Positions 47,843 through 61,500 of a stretch of 64,000 nt of DNA are shown in pieces. The position numbers and the translations under genes are program-made. Location of the stretch: the NCBI GenBank assembly GCA_950097015.1, contig CATNEN010000041.1, forward strand, positions 2,046,001 through 2,110,000. Reading direction: 5' to 3'. The notes under the pieces are model-generated. The model made no database searches. It saw only the letters and a list, made by a program, of their open reading frames with translations, and was not told the origin of the DNA. This stretch comes from Macrostomum hystrix. Lineage: Eukaryota > Animalia > Platyhelminthes. Each line of letters opens with the position of its first letter. Position 1 is the first letter of the stretch.

Positions 47843-48980
47843 TGACTCCTGACCCTTCAGTGTGTCCAGCAATGACCCCTGACCCTACAGTGTGTCCAGC
47901 AATGACCCCTGACCCTACAGTGTGTCCAGCAATGACCCCTGACCCTACAGTGTGTCTAGCAATGACCCCTGACCCTACAGTGTGTCCAGCAATGACCCCT
48001 GACACTTGTGTGTCCAGCAATGACCCCTGACCCTACAGTGTGTCCAGCAATGACCCCTGACCCTTCAGTGTGTCCAGCAATGACCCCTGACCCTACAGTG
48101 TGTCCAGCAATGACCCCTGACCCTACAGTGTGTCCAGCAATGACCCCTGACCCTACAGTGTGTCCAGCAATGACCCCTGACACTTGTGTGTCCAGCAATG
48201 ACCCCTGACCCTACAGTGTGTCCAGCAATGACCCCTGACCCTACAGTGTGTCCAGCAATGACCCCTGACACTTGTGTGTCCAGCAATGACCCCTGACCCT
48301 ACAGTGTGTCCAGCAATGACCCCTGACCCTACAGTGTGTCCAGCAATGACCCCTGACCCTTCAGTGTGTCCAGCAATGACCCCTGACCCTACAGTGTGTC
48401 CAGCAATGACCCCTGACCCTACAGTGTGTCCAGCAATGACCCCTGACCCTACAGTGTGTCCAGCAATGACCCCTGACCCTACAGTGTGTCCAGCAATGAC
48501 CCCTGACCCTACAGTGTGTCCAGCAATGACCCCTGACACTTGTGTGTCCAGCAATGACCCCTGACCCTACAGTGTGTCCAGCAATGACCCCTGACCCTAC
48601 AGTGTGTCCAGCAATGACCCCTGACCCTTCAGTGTGTCCAGCAATGACCCCTGACCCTACAGTGTGTCCAGCAATGACCCCTGACCCTTCAGTGTGTCCA
48701 GCAATGACTCCCGACCCTTCAGTGTGTCCAGCATTGACCCCTGACCCTTCAGTGTGTCCAGCATTGACCCCTGACCCTTCAGTGTGTCCAGCAATGACCT
48801 CTGACCCTTCAGTGTGTCCAGCAATGACCTCTGACCCTTCAGTGTGTCCAGCATTGACTCCTGACCCTTCAGTGTGTCCAGCATTGACCCCTGACCCTTC
48901 AGTGTGTCCAGCATTGACTCCTGACCCTTCAGTGTGTCCAGCAATGACCCCTGACCCTTCAGTGTGTCCAGCATTGACCC
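47843..48980. repeat. Minisatellite, 30 bp unit (28 bp variants), about 38 copies, downstream of the VKR stop
   Basis: Unit GTGTGTCCAGCAATGACCCCTGACCCT(A/T)CA. Confidence 0.97.
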
Positions 48981-49575
48981 CCTCAGCGCGGCTTGGCAAG
49001 CAAAGTACACACAATGCGGGACTCGCGCAGATCAAAGAACGGTACCGCAGGGTAGTGATGCAATGAAGCGCGGCAGGTCGCACAATAAAAAAGTACAGTT
49101 AAGTGACTGACAGACATACGATAATTCGAGTCAATATATGAGTAAATCGACAGGTAAAAATCATCACTAAAGTTGATAATAAAACGATTTGGTAAAAGGA
49201 AGACGATTCAGTCGTCAGAGCTAAAGCTACAGGGAGGGCGGAGGCCGGTCAGCTTGATTCCGTGGCCTCAAAATTCGCAGCTCAAAATGGCAAAAATGTG
49301 CATGCAGGGAATGTGGCGGCGAAAATTTGATTATAAGAGTAAAGAAAAACTATCGCCAGCCTTAAGAACATTAAAACAATGCAGAGCTCAACCAAAACAG
49401 ACAGTTAAATATAAAACAGCAAGCATCTGTGTGTACCATCGCCACTGCCAGAGGTGAGCGGCAGTGACAAGTCTGAGAAAAAAGCTATGCAAATTTTGGT
49501 ATGCGAGGTTGTTATTATAAACTATGGATTCAATTTGAGCAGTCAGATACGGCAGCAGGCGATATGCTCGCAGCC

Positions 49576-52500
49576 TCACAGCTCGGACAGTAGGCGCATG
49601 GACGCATCGCTGTTGGCAGTCTTGATGGCAGCCAGAGGCAGGCCGCTGTTGTTCCTGCGCAGCGTGAGAGCCTGGCTGTGCAGTTCGCTGGCGTAGGTCT
49701 TCGCCGCGCTGCTGGACACGGCGTAGGCGGCTGCCAGAGAGTGCGAGCTGGTGGAATTCAGCTTGTTTAAGTGCTCCTGCGATGGCAGCGGCCTCCGGGT
49801 TGAGTTTGTGACGGACCTGACGCTGCCGCTGCTGCCGCGCAGCTTGTCCTCCTTGGCGATGCGCCTGAAGCCCAGATAGTCCAGCGGCTGGCTGGGCGGC
49901 GCCTCCTCCAGGCAGGGCGCCACGCAGCCGGGATTGGCTGCCAGCTCCAGCTCCAGCTCAGCCATGGTGGGTCGCTTCTCGTGCTCGAAGGTCCAGCAGC
50001 AGGCCATGATGTGGCGCAGCTGCGGGCTGATCTGGGCCGGCAGGCTGTCCAGCAGGGTGTCCCCGCGCTTCACGGCGTCGCAGACTTCCTCGTTGGACCG
50101 GCTGCCGTAGGGGAACTTGCCGAAGGTCACGATCTCGTACAGCACAATGGCGTAGGACCAGACGTCTGACTTGTAAGTAAACAGGCCGTACTGGATGGCC
50201 TCCGGGGACATCCAGCGCACTGGCAGCATGCCGCGCCTGTCAAACCTGCCAGAGGCGAACATTTGAGAACAGCGTGTGAGCTGGGCCCAGAACTTTTTAG
50301 TGAGTCTGCGGACTTAAAGTTTATGCCTTTAGCGTCAGCTAAATTTTGCTTGAAATTGAAGGACTGCCCGCGCCACACCTGAATAAGCTTTACTGACACC
50401 TGTGCCACACTGGACACCCTGTTGATTGAGCCTCACGGACACCTGTGCCACACTGGACACCCTGTTGATTGAGGCATGGCAGCCAGTGAAATGGCGGACC
50501 CCACAGTGCAGCAATGCATGCCAAAGCCTGCCCAGGCCAGCATAACTAACAGCTTATGTCAGACAGCATACAGCATAAATGCCAGAATTAGTGCAAATCC
50601 TGTCAGGGCTGCCCTGTCTGCACTCGCCGCAACCGTGAGCGAAACAGACCAAAATTTCTGTCTGATTTGAAAGCTCGCAAAAGACAAGAATAGAAGGGCT
50701 TATTGCCCGATTAGAGACTGGCTTGCAGAGAAAAACAAGGCGATTTTGTACTTTTAGTGCAATCCGAAGCGAACAAAGCAAACACATTCTTTAGGCCCTG
50801 AAGCATTGTGTTAAAACTGGTGCACTTTAATTAGGCAAATAGTTCTGCAATTGACCCACAATGCGTTCTGGAAATCCCCATATTTCCATGAAAAAACTCC
50901 CATCTTCCAATATATTCAAATCCCACCCTTTTTTACCATAGCAACTTTGCCATCCTAAATCCTAGGAAGCCCTAGCGTCAGCTCGGCGTTCTTTATCAAA
51001 TCCTCTTTCTCTAATTTTAAGTTCCATTCTGCAATCCCGGATTCCATTCTCATTCTCTAATCCAGAATCCTATTCTCTAATCCAGAATCCCATTCTCCAA
51101 CCCCGAATCCCATTATCTAATCAAGAATCCCATTCTCTAACCCCGAATCCCATTCTCTAATCCAGAATCCTATTCTCTAATCCCGAATCCTATTCTCTAA
51201 TCCCGAATCCCATTGCCTAATCCCGAATCCTATTCTCTAATCTAGAATCCTATTCTCTAATCTAGAATCCTATTCTCTAATCTAGAATCCTATTCTCTAA
51301 CCCCGAATCCCATTCTCTAATCTAGAATCCCATTCTCTAATCTAGAATCCTATTCTCTAATCCCGAATCCTATTCTCTAATCTAGAATCCTATTCTCTAA
51401 TCTAGAATCCTATTCTCTAATCCCGAATCCCATTCTCTATTCCAGAATCCCATTCTCTAATCCTGAATCACACTTTCTAATCCCGAATCACACTTTCTAA
51501 TCCCGAATCCCATTTTCTAATCCCAAATCCTATTCTCTAATCCCGAATCCCATTTTCAAATCCCAAATCCTATTCTCTAATCCCGAATCCCATTTTCTAA
51601 TCCCGAACCTAATCGCTGTCCAGCCTCTCACCTGTAGTAATCTTTCTTGTCGCTGACCTCCCTGGCCAGGCCAAAGTCGCAGATCTTGATGCTGAGCTTG
51701 TCAGTGACCAGGCAGTTGCGCAGGGCCACATCCCGGTGGATGTACTTGACGCTGTGCAGGTAGTCCAGGCCCCTGGCAATGTCTATGGCAAAGCTTGTGA
51801 GGGTGGTCGGCAGGCTGGCGGAGAACTCGCCGGGCTCCCTGGCCTGGACTCGCCTGGAGATGAGGTAGGTCTTGAGGTCGCCGTGCAGGCACATCTCCAT
51901 GATGGCGTAGAAGGGCTCGTCTTGAGTGGTCACGGCCAGCAGGCAGACGATGTTGGGGTGCTCAAACTGGCGCATGAGGGTGGCCTCGCTCAGGAAGGTG
52001 CACTTCTCGGTGATGCTGGCCGTGTCCCGCAGGGACTTCAAGGCGCACGGAATCCACTGGGTCTTCAGCAGCACCTCGCCGCCAAATACGATGCCGAATG
52101 CGCCCTCGCCCAGCTTTCGGTTGATGGACACCCGGTCCCTCGGCAGCTCGATGTCAGCCAGGCGCTGCTTCAGCTCCATGAACGGCTCGTCCAGAATCAT
52201 CTGGCGCTTCATCTGCTGGTGGTTGACGTAGCGGAAGCCCACAACGGCCACCACCACCACCAGGATGATGAAGAAGAGGATGACAGAGAAGGTGAAGATG
52301 AGGTTGACCTTCTGGCAGTCCAGGTCGGGCATGCGCAGCAGAGTGCGGATGAAGTCGTTCCAGCCGCAGGAGCCGCGGGCCAGCCGCTCGATGAACTTGA
52401 ACTTCGTCTTGAAGTCCTTGAAGTCCGAAGCCGCCGAGTTCTGCATCGACCCGTTCTATGGGAAGGCGACGGGTTTCAGTCAGTGAGCAATTTGAGCAGT

Positions 52501-55500
52501 CTGTTGCGATTCTCACGTCTAAAAATTAACTAATTCTCACACCTGACAACTTGCAATTCTCACAATTGACAGTTCACTATTATCACACCTGACAGTCAGT
52601 GATTATCACACCTGACAATTTACAATTCTCAAAATTGACAGTTCACTATTATCACACCTGACAACGAACGATTTTCACACCTGACAGTTCACTATTATCA
52701 CACCTGACAACGAACGATTTTCACACCTGACAGTTCACTATTATCACACCTGACAACGAACGATTCTCACACCTAAAAATTAACGATTATCACCTAACAA
52801 ATAAGGATTCTTAAACATGAATTATTTAGATCTAGTTTTGCTACCAGCAAGGATTCTCACCTCAAAGGTCTCCCAGTTGTACCTAAACAACGGTCGCGAG
52901 GTGAAGCCAGAGTTGGGCTCGGTGGATTCATGCAGGTACACCATCATTGATCCGGAGCGCACATTGTGCAAATCATTGAAGCTCACATTGCGGGCATCCC
53001 TCGCCATGTCAGATGGGAAGTCAGTTTTGTTGATCTTGGCCAGGTAAGCATCCACCTGGAATATAATTTGGGCCATTCCAGTGACCTCATTCCTACTGAA
53101 CAAATATACATGCGAATTGTGGGCTACGAAGGATAAGAGCGATCGGCGGTCAGATCGTGACCTCACCCGCTGATTAATTGGTCATAAGCAGAGATTGGTT
53201 CATGGCTCACTCATGAATGGGTCATAGGCAGAGATTGGTTCATGGCTCACTCATGAATGGGTCATAGGCAGAGATTGGTTCATGGCTCACTCATGAATGG
53301 GTCATAGACAGAGATTGGTTCATGGCTCACTCATGAATGGGTCATAGGCAGAGATTGGTTCATGGCTCACTCATGAATGGGTCATAGACAGCAATCAGGG
53401 TCATGACCAGTGTTGGGCAACTTACTTAAGTTACCACTTCTACCACTTCTTCAAAAAAGTAGCTTGCGTTAGGCGAGTAACTATACAAAGACCCGGTAAG
53501 TTATGTTAGTTTAAAATATGGTTCCAAGTGTGCCCAAGGGTGCATAGACAGCATAGGGTCATAGACAGCAATCAGGGTCATGACCTACTTGGAATTGGTC
53601 ATAGACAGCAATCAGGGTCATGATCCTACTTATGAAACGGTCACAGACAGCCATCAGGGTCATGACCTACTTGGAATTGGTCTTGGTCACAGACAGCCAT
53701 CAGGGTCATGACCTACTTGGAATAGGTCTTGGTCATAGACAGCCATCAGGGTCATGACTTACTCATGACTTGGTTAGACCCATACGCATTAGCCATGTCA
53801 CCCGCACAGAGATCATAAAGACCCTCATGATAAAAAAACAATGGTCAAAGACAGAATTAGAATGTTACAGCCAGCAAAGATCTGCCACTGTCACAGAGGT
53901 TTTGCGCATTTTAAGAATGGCCAAAAAGTGCGAAGACAACGTAGCCCGGGATGACCTTTCAGTTTGGGCATGAGTTTGGGGCTGTTGTGGCATTCGGTTT
54001 GGCAAGAATAGCTGGAATCGCAGAGCCGGTAGCGGATTTAGGATCAGCTGACTGCTGATCTGGCACTGCTGCACATGGATATGAATGATCAAATCAACAG
54101 AGAGCGAATCCGACTGGTAAAATTACTGCGCATTCATTCCGATTACAGTCCGGTAAGCTGTCAGATTTATGAACTCAATGAAGAACCCAGGGTCATGACC
54201 ACAGAGGAACCCAAGGTCATGACCACAGAGGAAACCAGGGTCATGACCACAGAGGAACCCAAGGTCATGACCACAGAGGAAACCAGGGTCATGACCACAG
54301 AGGAAACCAGGGTCATGACCAGAGAGGAAACCAGGGTCATGACCACAGAGGAACCCAGGGTCATGACCACAGAGGAACCCAAGGTCATGACCACAGAGGA
54401 AACCAGGGTCATGACCACAGAAGAACCCAGGGTCATGACCAGAGAGGAAACCAGGGTCATGACCACAGAGGAACCCAGGGTCATGACCACAGAGGAACCC
54501 AAGGTCATGACCACAGAGGAAACCAGGGTCATGACCACAGAAGAACCCAGGGTCATGACCACAGAGGAAACCAGGGTCATGACCAGAGAGGAAACCAGGG
54601 TCATGACCAGAGAGGAAACCAGGGTCATGACCACAGAGGAACCCAAGGTCATGACCACAGAGGAACCCAGGGTCATGACCACAGAGGAACCCAGGATCAT
54701 GAATGCATATGAACAGGAAGCCAAGCAGTGTCTCCCGCCGCGCACTCACCACGTCGCTGTTGGAGAAGTGATAGGCGCTGCTGGGGTCGTCAGCCAGCAG
54801 GCTGGCCACGGCATTGGCCAGGACATTCACAGCGTCGCCGGCGTAGTTGTGGAAGTAGTCCTCGTCCAGCGAGTGCCGGTGCATGCCGCCGCTCTGCCCA
54901 GTGTACGTGACGTTGATGTAGTTCTTCACGATCAGGTGCTGCCGTGCCGCGTCAGCCAGCTTGTCGTCTGGACAATTGTGCAGCTGCAGGCCTGGCAAGT
55001 ACTTGCCGCACCGCACCTTCTCCGAGCCGTTCAGGGCACCTGCAGCAGACAGGGAATCCGGATTAGGGAAATTGTGAGTATAGGCTTTGTTGGTTTGTGA
55101 GTCAGGATCCGGATTAGGGAAATTGTGAGTATAGGCTTTGTTGGTTTGTGAGTCAGGATCCGGATTAGGGAAATTGTGAGTATAGGCTTTGTTGGTTTGT
55201 GAGTCAGGATCCGGATTAGGGAAATTGTGAGTATAGGCTTTGTTGGTTTGTGAGTCAGGATCCGGATTAGGGAAATTGTGAGTATAGGCTTTGTTGGTTT
55301 GTTAGTCAGGATCCGGATTAGGGAAATTGTGAGTATAGGCTTTGTTGGTTTGTGAGTCAGGATCCGGATTAGCGAAATAGTGAGTATAGGGTTTGTTGGT
55401 TTGTGAGTCAGGATCCGGATTAGCGAAATAGTGAGCATAGGCTTTGTTGGTTTGTGAGTCAGGATCCGGATTAGCGAAATAGTGAGTATAGGGTTTGTTG

Positions 55501-58500
55501 GTTTGTGAATCAGGATCAGGATTAGGGGATATTAGTTTATGAGTAAGGATCTAGATTCGGTGATATTCGTTTTTGAGTAAAGATCAGGACTGGGGATATT
55601 GGTCTGTGAGGAAGGATCAGGACTGGGGATATTGGTCTGTGAGGAAGGATCAGGACTGGGGATATTGGTCTGTGAGGAAGGAACAGGACTGGGATATTGG
55701 TCTGTGAGGAAGGATCAGGACTGGGGATATTGGTCTGTGAGGAAGGAACAGGACTGGGATATTGGTCTGTGAGGAAGGATCAGGACTGGGATATTGGTCT
55801 GTGAGGAAGGATCAGGATTGGGGATATTGGTCTGTGAGGAAGGAACAGGACTGGGGATATTGGTCTGTGAGGAAGGATTAGGACTGGGGATATTGGTCTG
55901 TGAGGAAGGAACAGGACTGGGATATTGGTCTGTGAGGAAGGATCAGGACTGGGGATATTGGTCTGTGAGGAAGGAACAGGACTGGGGATATTGGTCTGTG
56001 AGGAAGGAACAGGACTGGGATATTGGTCTGTGAGGAAGGATCAGGACTGGGATATTGGTCTGTGAGGAAGGATCAGGACTGGGATATTGGTCTGTGAGGA
56101 AGGATCAGGACTGGGGATATTGGTCTGTGAGGAAGGATCAGGACTGGGATATTGGTCTGTGAGGAAGGATCAGGATTGGGGATATTGGTCTGTGAGGAAG
56201 GATCAGGACAGGGATATTGGTCTGTGAGGAAGGATCAGTAAGTGCAGCTCACCAGAGGTGAAGATCTTCCTGCTCCAGTGGGCCAGAATGAACAGGTAAT
56301 TATTCTTGGGGGTCATCTGCAGCTCGGCAGCGGCGCACAGGTACAGGCAGGTGCCGCGCTCGAAGTAGTCCATGGCCAGCACCTGGCAGCCTTCCCGCTG
56401 CATGGATTTGAGATTCTTCAGCGCCTGCTTGTAGCTCAGCCGCTCCTCCTCGATGACCTCCTCGTGGCAGACGTTGATGGTGCCGGACTCCAGGAAGGCG
56501 GTCTTGTTCAGGAACATCTTGTTGCGCACCAGCAGTCCGATGGTGTCCCACTTGCGCTGGGCCAGGTAGTGAGTGATGGTGTCTGCGTACGGCTCGTAGC
56601 TGGGAATGGTCCGGTAGAAATAAGGATAGCGGGCCGTGTCGCTGTACACCTGCGACTCCACGGTGGGGGAAATGATCACCGTGCGGAAGTTGTTGCTGGC
56701 CTCAACCACAGGCTCAATGGTGTCCGAGCAGGTGGCCCCGATCACGCCCAGCAGCGGCTGCTTCCGCGGCTGCAGCAGCGTCTTGATGTAGAAGCCCAGC
56801 TCTGCGGACTTGTCGCAGTCCACATTTCCAGGCTCCAGCACAATGCGATAGCCGGAGCGGGCCAGCGAGCACTTGGGCTGGCCGGCCGCTGAGCCGTTGC
56901 AGACACCGCGGTTCAGCTCATCCAGCACCTGCGAGTGGTTTTGGGATCATTGTGACTGGGGATTCGGGAACAATGCGATTTTTAATGGACAGGTGAGGAT
57001 CAATGGGATCATGGCATTTTTTGGGATTTGGGATCAGTGTAGCTCTGGAAGGGCTGGTGGGGTCAAAAAGATTATAGGAGGGAATATATATTAATGAATC
57101 TATATCAAATAACTCCAGGGATTACTTAAGCGGGTGCTGAGTTCAGAATCAACGACTCCAGGATCCAAGATAAGGATTCAAGGGTCTTGAGAAATAAACA
57201 AGGCAGGATTTTTTCCTAGGATTTCAGCCAGCGAAATTTTGTAACCCTAACTTTTTTAATTGTGGGAATTCAATAAATTTGTCGGTCATAGTTTAAACTT
57301 GAGAAGGGGCTCAACAGCATATCTCGGACCCAGCTTAGGCTTCAAACACGGCAGGTTGGGAATCGGGATGAAAGTTCTGCCCTCCCCTCCTACAGATTCG
57401 TTCTCAAGCGTGCTCAGCTGAGAAATGCGAAGCGAATCCGCTGCAGCAACACAGGCAGCTCGCAGAAGAAAAAATATGCTTGAAGAAACACGAGTTTGCA
57501 CTCGTGCCGCATCGCTGGCCCACATAATTGCAGAGATTTTGCCTGGATCCGCTGTCAAGCTCCTCTTTCTTTTCTCTCTCTCACAAAAATTAACCAGCCT
57601 GGCTTCTGGCTGGCAAAGCTAAATGGATAATTCTGCTGGAAGCCAGGACTAATTTACAACTGCAAGGCTGCTAGACAGTGATCTTCACTGCAGATATCAA
57701 TGCATGGCATGTGTCTTCTTGTACGTGCCATGAAACTCGAGATCAGGCTGGTCAGGCCGCGACAGTTTTGCTGGCCCCTCGCTGCCAACACCTGCCATTT
57801 GTTTACCTTGGAATAAAGCTATGCGACTTGCCATTGACTTGCGAACCAAACTCAATGGTCTAATGCGAATTCTTGTACATTCTTGTTCATGGCTGCAGAT
57901 GATGGATATTCTAGTACATGGCTGCAGATGATGGATATTCTAGTACATGGCTGCAGATGATGGATATTCTAGTACATGGCTGCAGATGATGGATATTCTT
58001 GTTCATGGCTGCAGATGATGGATATTCTAGTACATGGCTGCAGATGATGGATATTCTAGTACATGGCTGCAGATGATGGATATTCTAGTACATGGCTGCA
58101 GATGATGGATATTCTAGTACATGGCTGCAGATGATGGATATTCTAGTACATGGCTGCAGATGATGGATATTCTAGTACATGGCTGCAGATGATGGATATT
58201 CTAGTACATGGCTGCAGATGATGGATATTCTAGTACATGGCTGCAGATGATGGATATTCTAGTACATGGCTGCAGATGATGGATATTCTAGTACATGGCT
58301 GCAGATGATGGATATTCTAGTACATGGCTGCAGATGATGGATATTCTAGTACATGGCTGCAGATGATGGATATTCTAGTACATGGCTGCAGATGATGGAT
58401 ATTCTAGTACATGGCTGCAGATGATGGATATTCTAGTACATGGCTGCAGATGATGGATATTCTAGTACATGGCTGCAGATGATGGATATTCTTGTTCATG

Positions 58501-61500
58501 GCTGCAGATGATGGATATTCTAGTACATGGCTGCAGATGATGGATATTCTAGTACATGGCTGCAGATGATGGATATTCTAGTACATGGCTGCAGATCATG
58601 GATATTCTAGTACATGGCTGCAAATGAGGGATTCTTGTACATGGCTGCAGATGATGGATATTCTTGTTCATGGCTGCAGATGATGGATATTCTAGTACAT
58701 GGCTGCAGATGATGGATATTCTAGTACATGGCTGCAGATGATGGATATTCTAGTACATGGCTGCAGATCATGGATATTCTAGTACATGGCTGCAAATGAG
58801 GGATTCTTGTACATGGCTGCAGATCATGGATATTCTAGTACATGGCTGCAGATCATGGATATTCTAGTACATGGCTGCAGATGATGGATATTCTTGTACA
58901 TGGCTGCAGATCATGGATATTCTAGTACATGGCTGCAGATCATGGATATTCTAGTACATGGCTGCAAATGAGGGATTCTTGTACATGGCTGCAGATCATG
59001 GATATTCTAGTACATGGCTGCAGATGATGGATATTCTTGTACATGGCTGCAGATGATGGATATTCTTGTACATGGCTGCAGATGATGGATATTCTAGTAC
59101 ATGGCTGCAGATGATGGATATTCTAGTACATGGCTGCAGATGATGGATATTCTAGTACATGGCTGCAGATGATGGATATTCTTGTTCATGGCTGCAGATG
59201 ATGGATATTCTAGTACATGGCTGCAGATGATGGATATTCTAGTACATGGCTGCAGATGATGGATATTCTAGTACATGGCTGCAGATCATGGATATTCTAG
59301 TACATGGCTGCAAATGAGGGATTCTTGTACATGGCTGCAGATGATGGATATTCTTGTTCATGGCTGCAGATGATGGATATTCTAGTACATGGCTGCAGAT
59401 GATGGATATTCTAGTACATGGCTGCAGATGATGGATATTCTAGTACATGGCTGCAAATGAGGGATTCTTGTACATGGCTGCAGATGATGGATATTCTTGT
59501 TCATGGCTGCAGATGATGGATATTCTAGTACATGGCTGCAGATGATGGATATTCTAGTACATGGCTGCAGATGATGGATATTCTAGTACATGGCTGCAAA
59601 TGAGGGATTCTTGTACATGGCTGCAGATGATGGATATTCTTGTTCATGGCTGCAGATGATGGATATTCTAGTACATGGCTGCAGATGATGGATATTCTAG
59701 TACATGGCTGCAGATGATGGATATTCTAGTACATGGCTGCAGATGATGGATATTCTAGTACATGGCTGCAGATGATGGATATTCTAGTACATGGCTGCAG
59801 ATGATGGATATTCTAGTACATGGCTGCAGATGATGGATATTCTAGTACATGGCTGCAGATGATGGATATTCTAGTACATGGCTGCAGATGATGGATATTC
59901 TAGTACATGGCTGCAGATGATGGATATTCTTGTACATGGCTGCAGATGATGGATATTCTTGTACATGGCTGCAGATGATGGATATTCTTGTATACGACTG
60001 CAGATGAGGGATTCTTGTACATGGCTGCAGATGATGGATATTCTTGTACACGACTGCAGATGAGGGATTCTTGTACATGGCTGCAGATGAGGGATTCTTG
60101 TACAGGGCATCAGAGAAGGGATTATTGTACGGGATTTACATGGGTGTTACTGGGATACAAAAGCATAGCTAAGGAACAAGGGAGGTGACAATGGCGTGAC
60201 GTACATCCACCACTTTTGTAGTGATTCTCTCATTGGAGAAGCGCTTGCCAGCAGGGAACATGCCAGCCAGGTACAAGTCCTTCCTGTCAGTTATATCGGG
60301 CAGGTGGGCGCAGAACCGGCAGTCGTCAGTGTTGCCAGCAGCCCAGGCATCGAGGGCGCGGCCCAGCCAGTCGCAAGCGGTGCCACCGCTGGCCAGCTGG
60401 GTGAAGTTGAAGCTCAGAGCCAGCAGCAGCCGCTCCAGGCGGGGATCCTGGCCAGCCAGCTCAGGCAGCATGGACTTCAGCCGCTTGGAGGTCACCGCCA
60501 GCCCGCAGTAGCGACTGGCCGAGTCGGGGATGTCAACCAAGCTGCCAGCCTTCATCCAGCCGTCGCAGGAAGGGTCGCAGGTGGCAGTGGAAGCTGTGTA
60601 CTGGAAGCTGGAATGGCCATTGGTGACAGGGAAGTAAATCACGGATCTGGCTCCTAATCCGCTAACAGTAGACACTCCGAATGCCCCGCAGAATTGTCCG
60701 GCAGGCCAAAAACCCAGTGACCTGAGAGGGCCTCAGGGAGTGCAGATTAGACTGTCAATCGCCCAGCCATTGGCTGATAGCTGTAAGTCCGAGACTTAGA
60801 TCCCAGAGTCACAGAAGCGTAAAGTGTCGTGCGGCTTACTTTATTTCTGAATTTCATTTCAAAGACCTATTTTTCAGGCTAGGGAAATTGTTAGTTCACA
60901 AGGACCCGGTGTTCCAAAGAAGATCTACTTAGTATTCACTAATTGTTAAACTTGAAATGACATCCATGGCTGAGCCGGGCTTCAAACAGGAAAGCCACGG
61001 GCCCAATTCCATTGCGTGGGCTATTTTAGCGTGCCAAAAACTGCGGTACGAATTCGGTGCACGAAACTCAAGCAGATGCAGATAACAGCAGTATCTAGGC
61101 CGAGGGTCCAGCTATGCGTTCTGGCAGCACTTATCAGTGTTTGCCAACCTCCACTAGCATCCCATCATTGGAAAGCTGCAGATCAAAGGATTATTGGGAC
61201 TCAGGCCTGACTGCCAGGCTGTTTGCCAAGAGCTCCGGTGAGCACAGATAAGCGCAGGTGTTGGTAAGCAAAAGCAGTGCAAACAAGGCCAGGACTGAGA
61301 ACTGGACTCACCTCTGCTGGAACAGTTCGCCGAAGTAGGTTCTAGCGCTGCCGGCCGTGACATTGAACAGCTGATCGGAACTCTGCAGCAGGCCGAGGTC
61401 AAAAGTGCAGCTGCTGGCGCTGCGGGAGGCGCGAGCGGGAATTCACTGGCTGTGAGGACCGGCAAACCAGTGGGGATAATTCTTCGAAAAATGCAGGGGT

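Noticed and set aside
37898-49083. Repetitive ORFs within arrays ([47 protein letters not shown], etc.)
   Set aside because: They are translations of intronic or intergenic minisatellites, broken by frameshifting unit-length variants and not linked to exons by splice signals.
44860-49090. Possible + strand transcript between RyR and VKR (donor AAG|GTGAGC at 45034, AATAAA at 46430 and 49084)
   Set aside because: Only isolated motifs are present and no coherent ORF or exon chain was found. RNA-seq would be needed.
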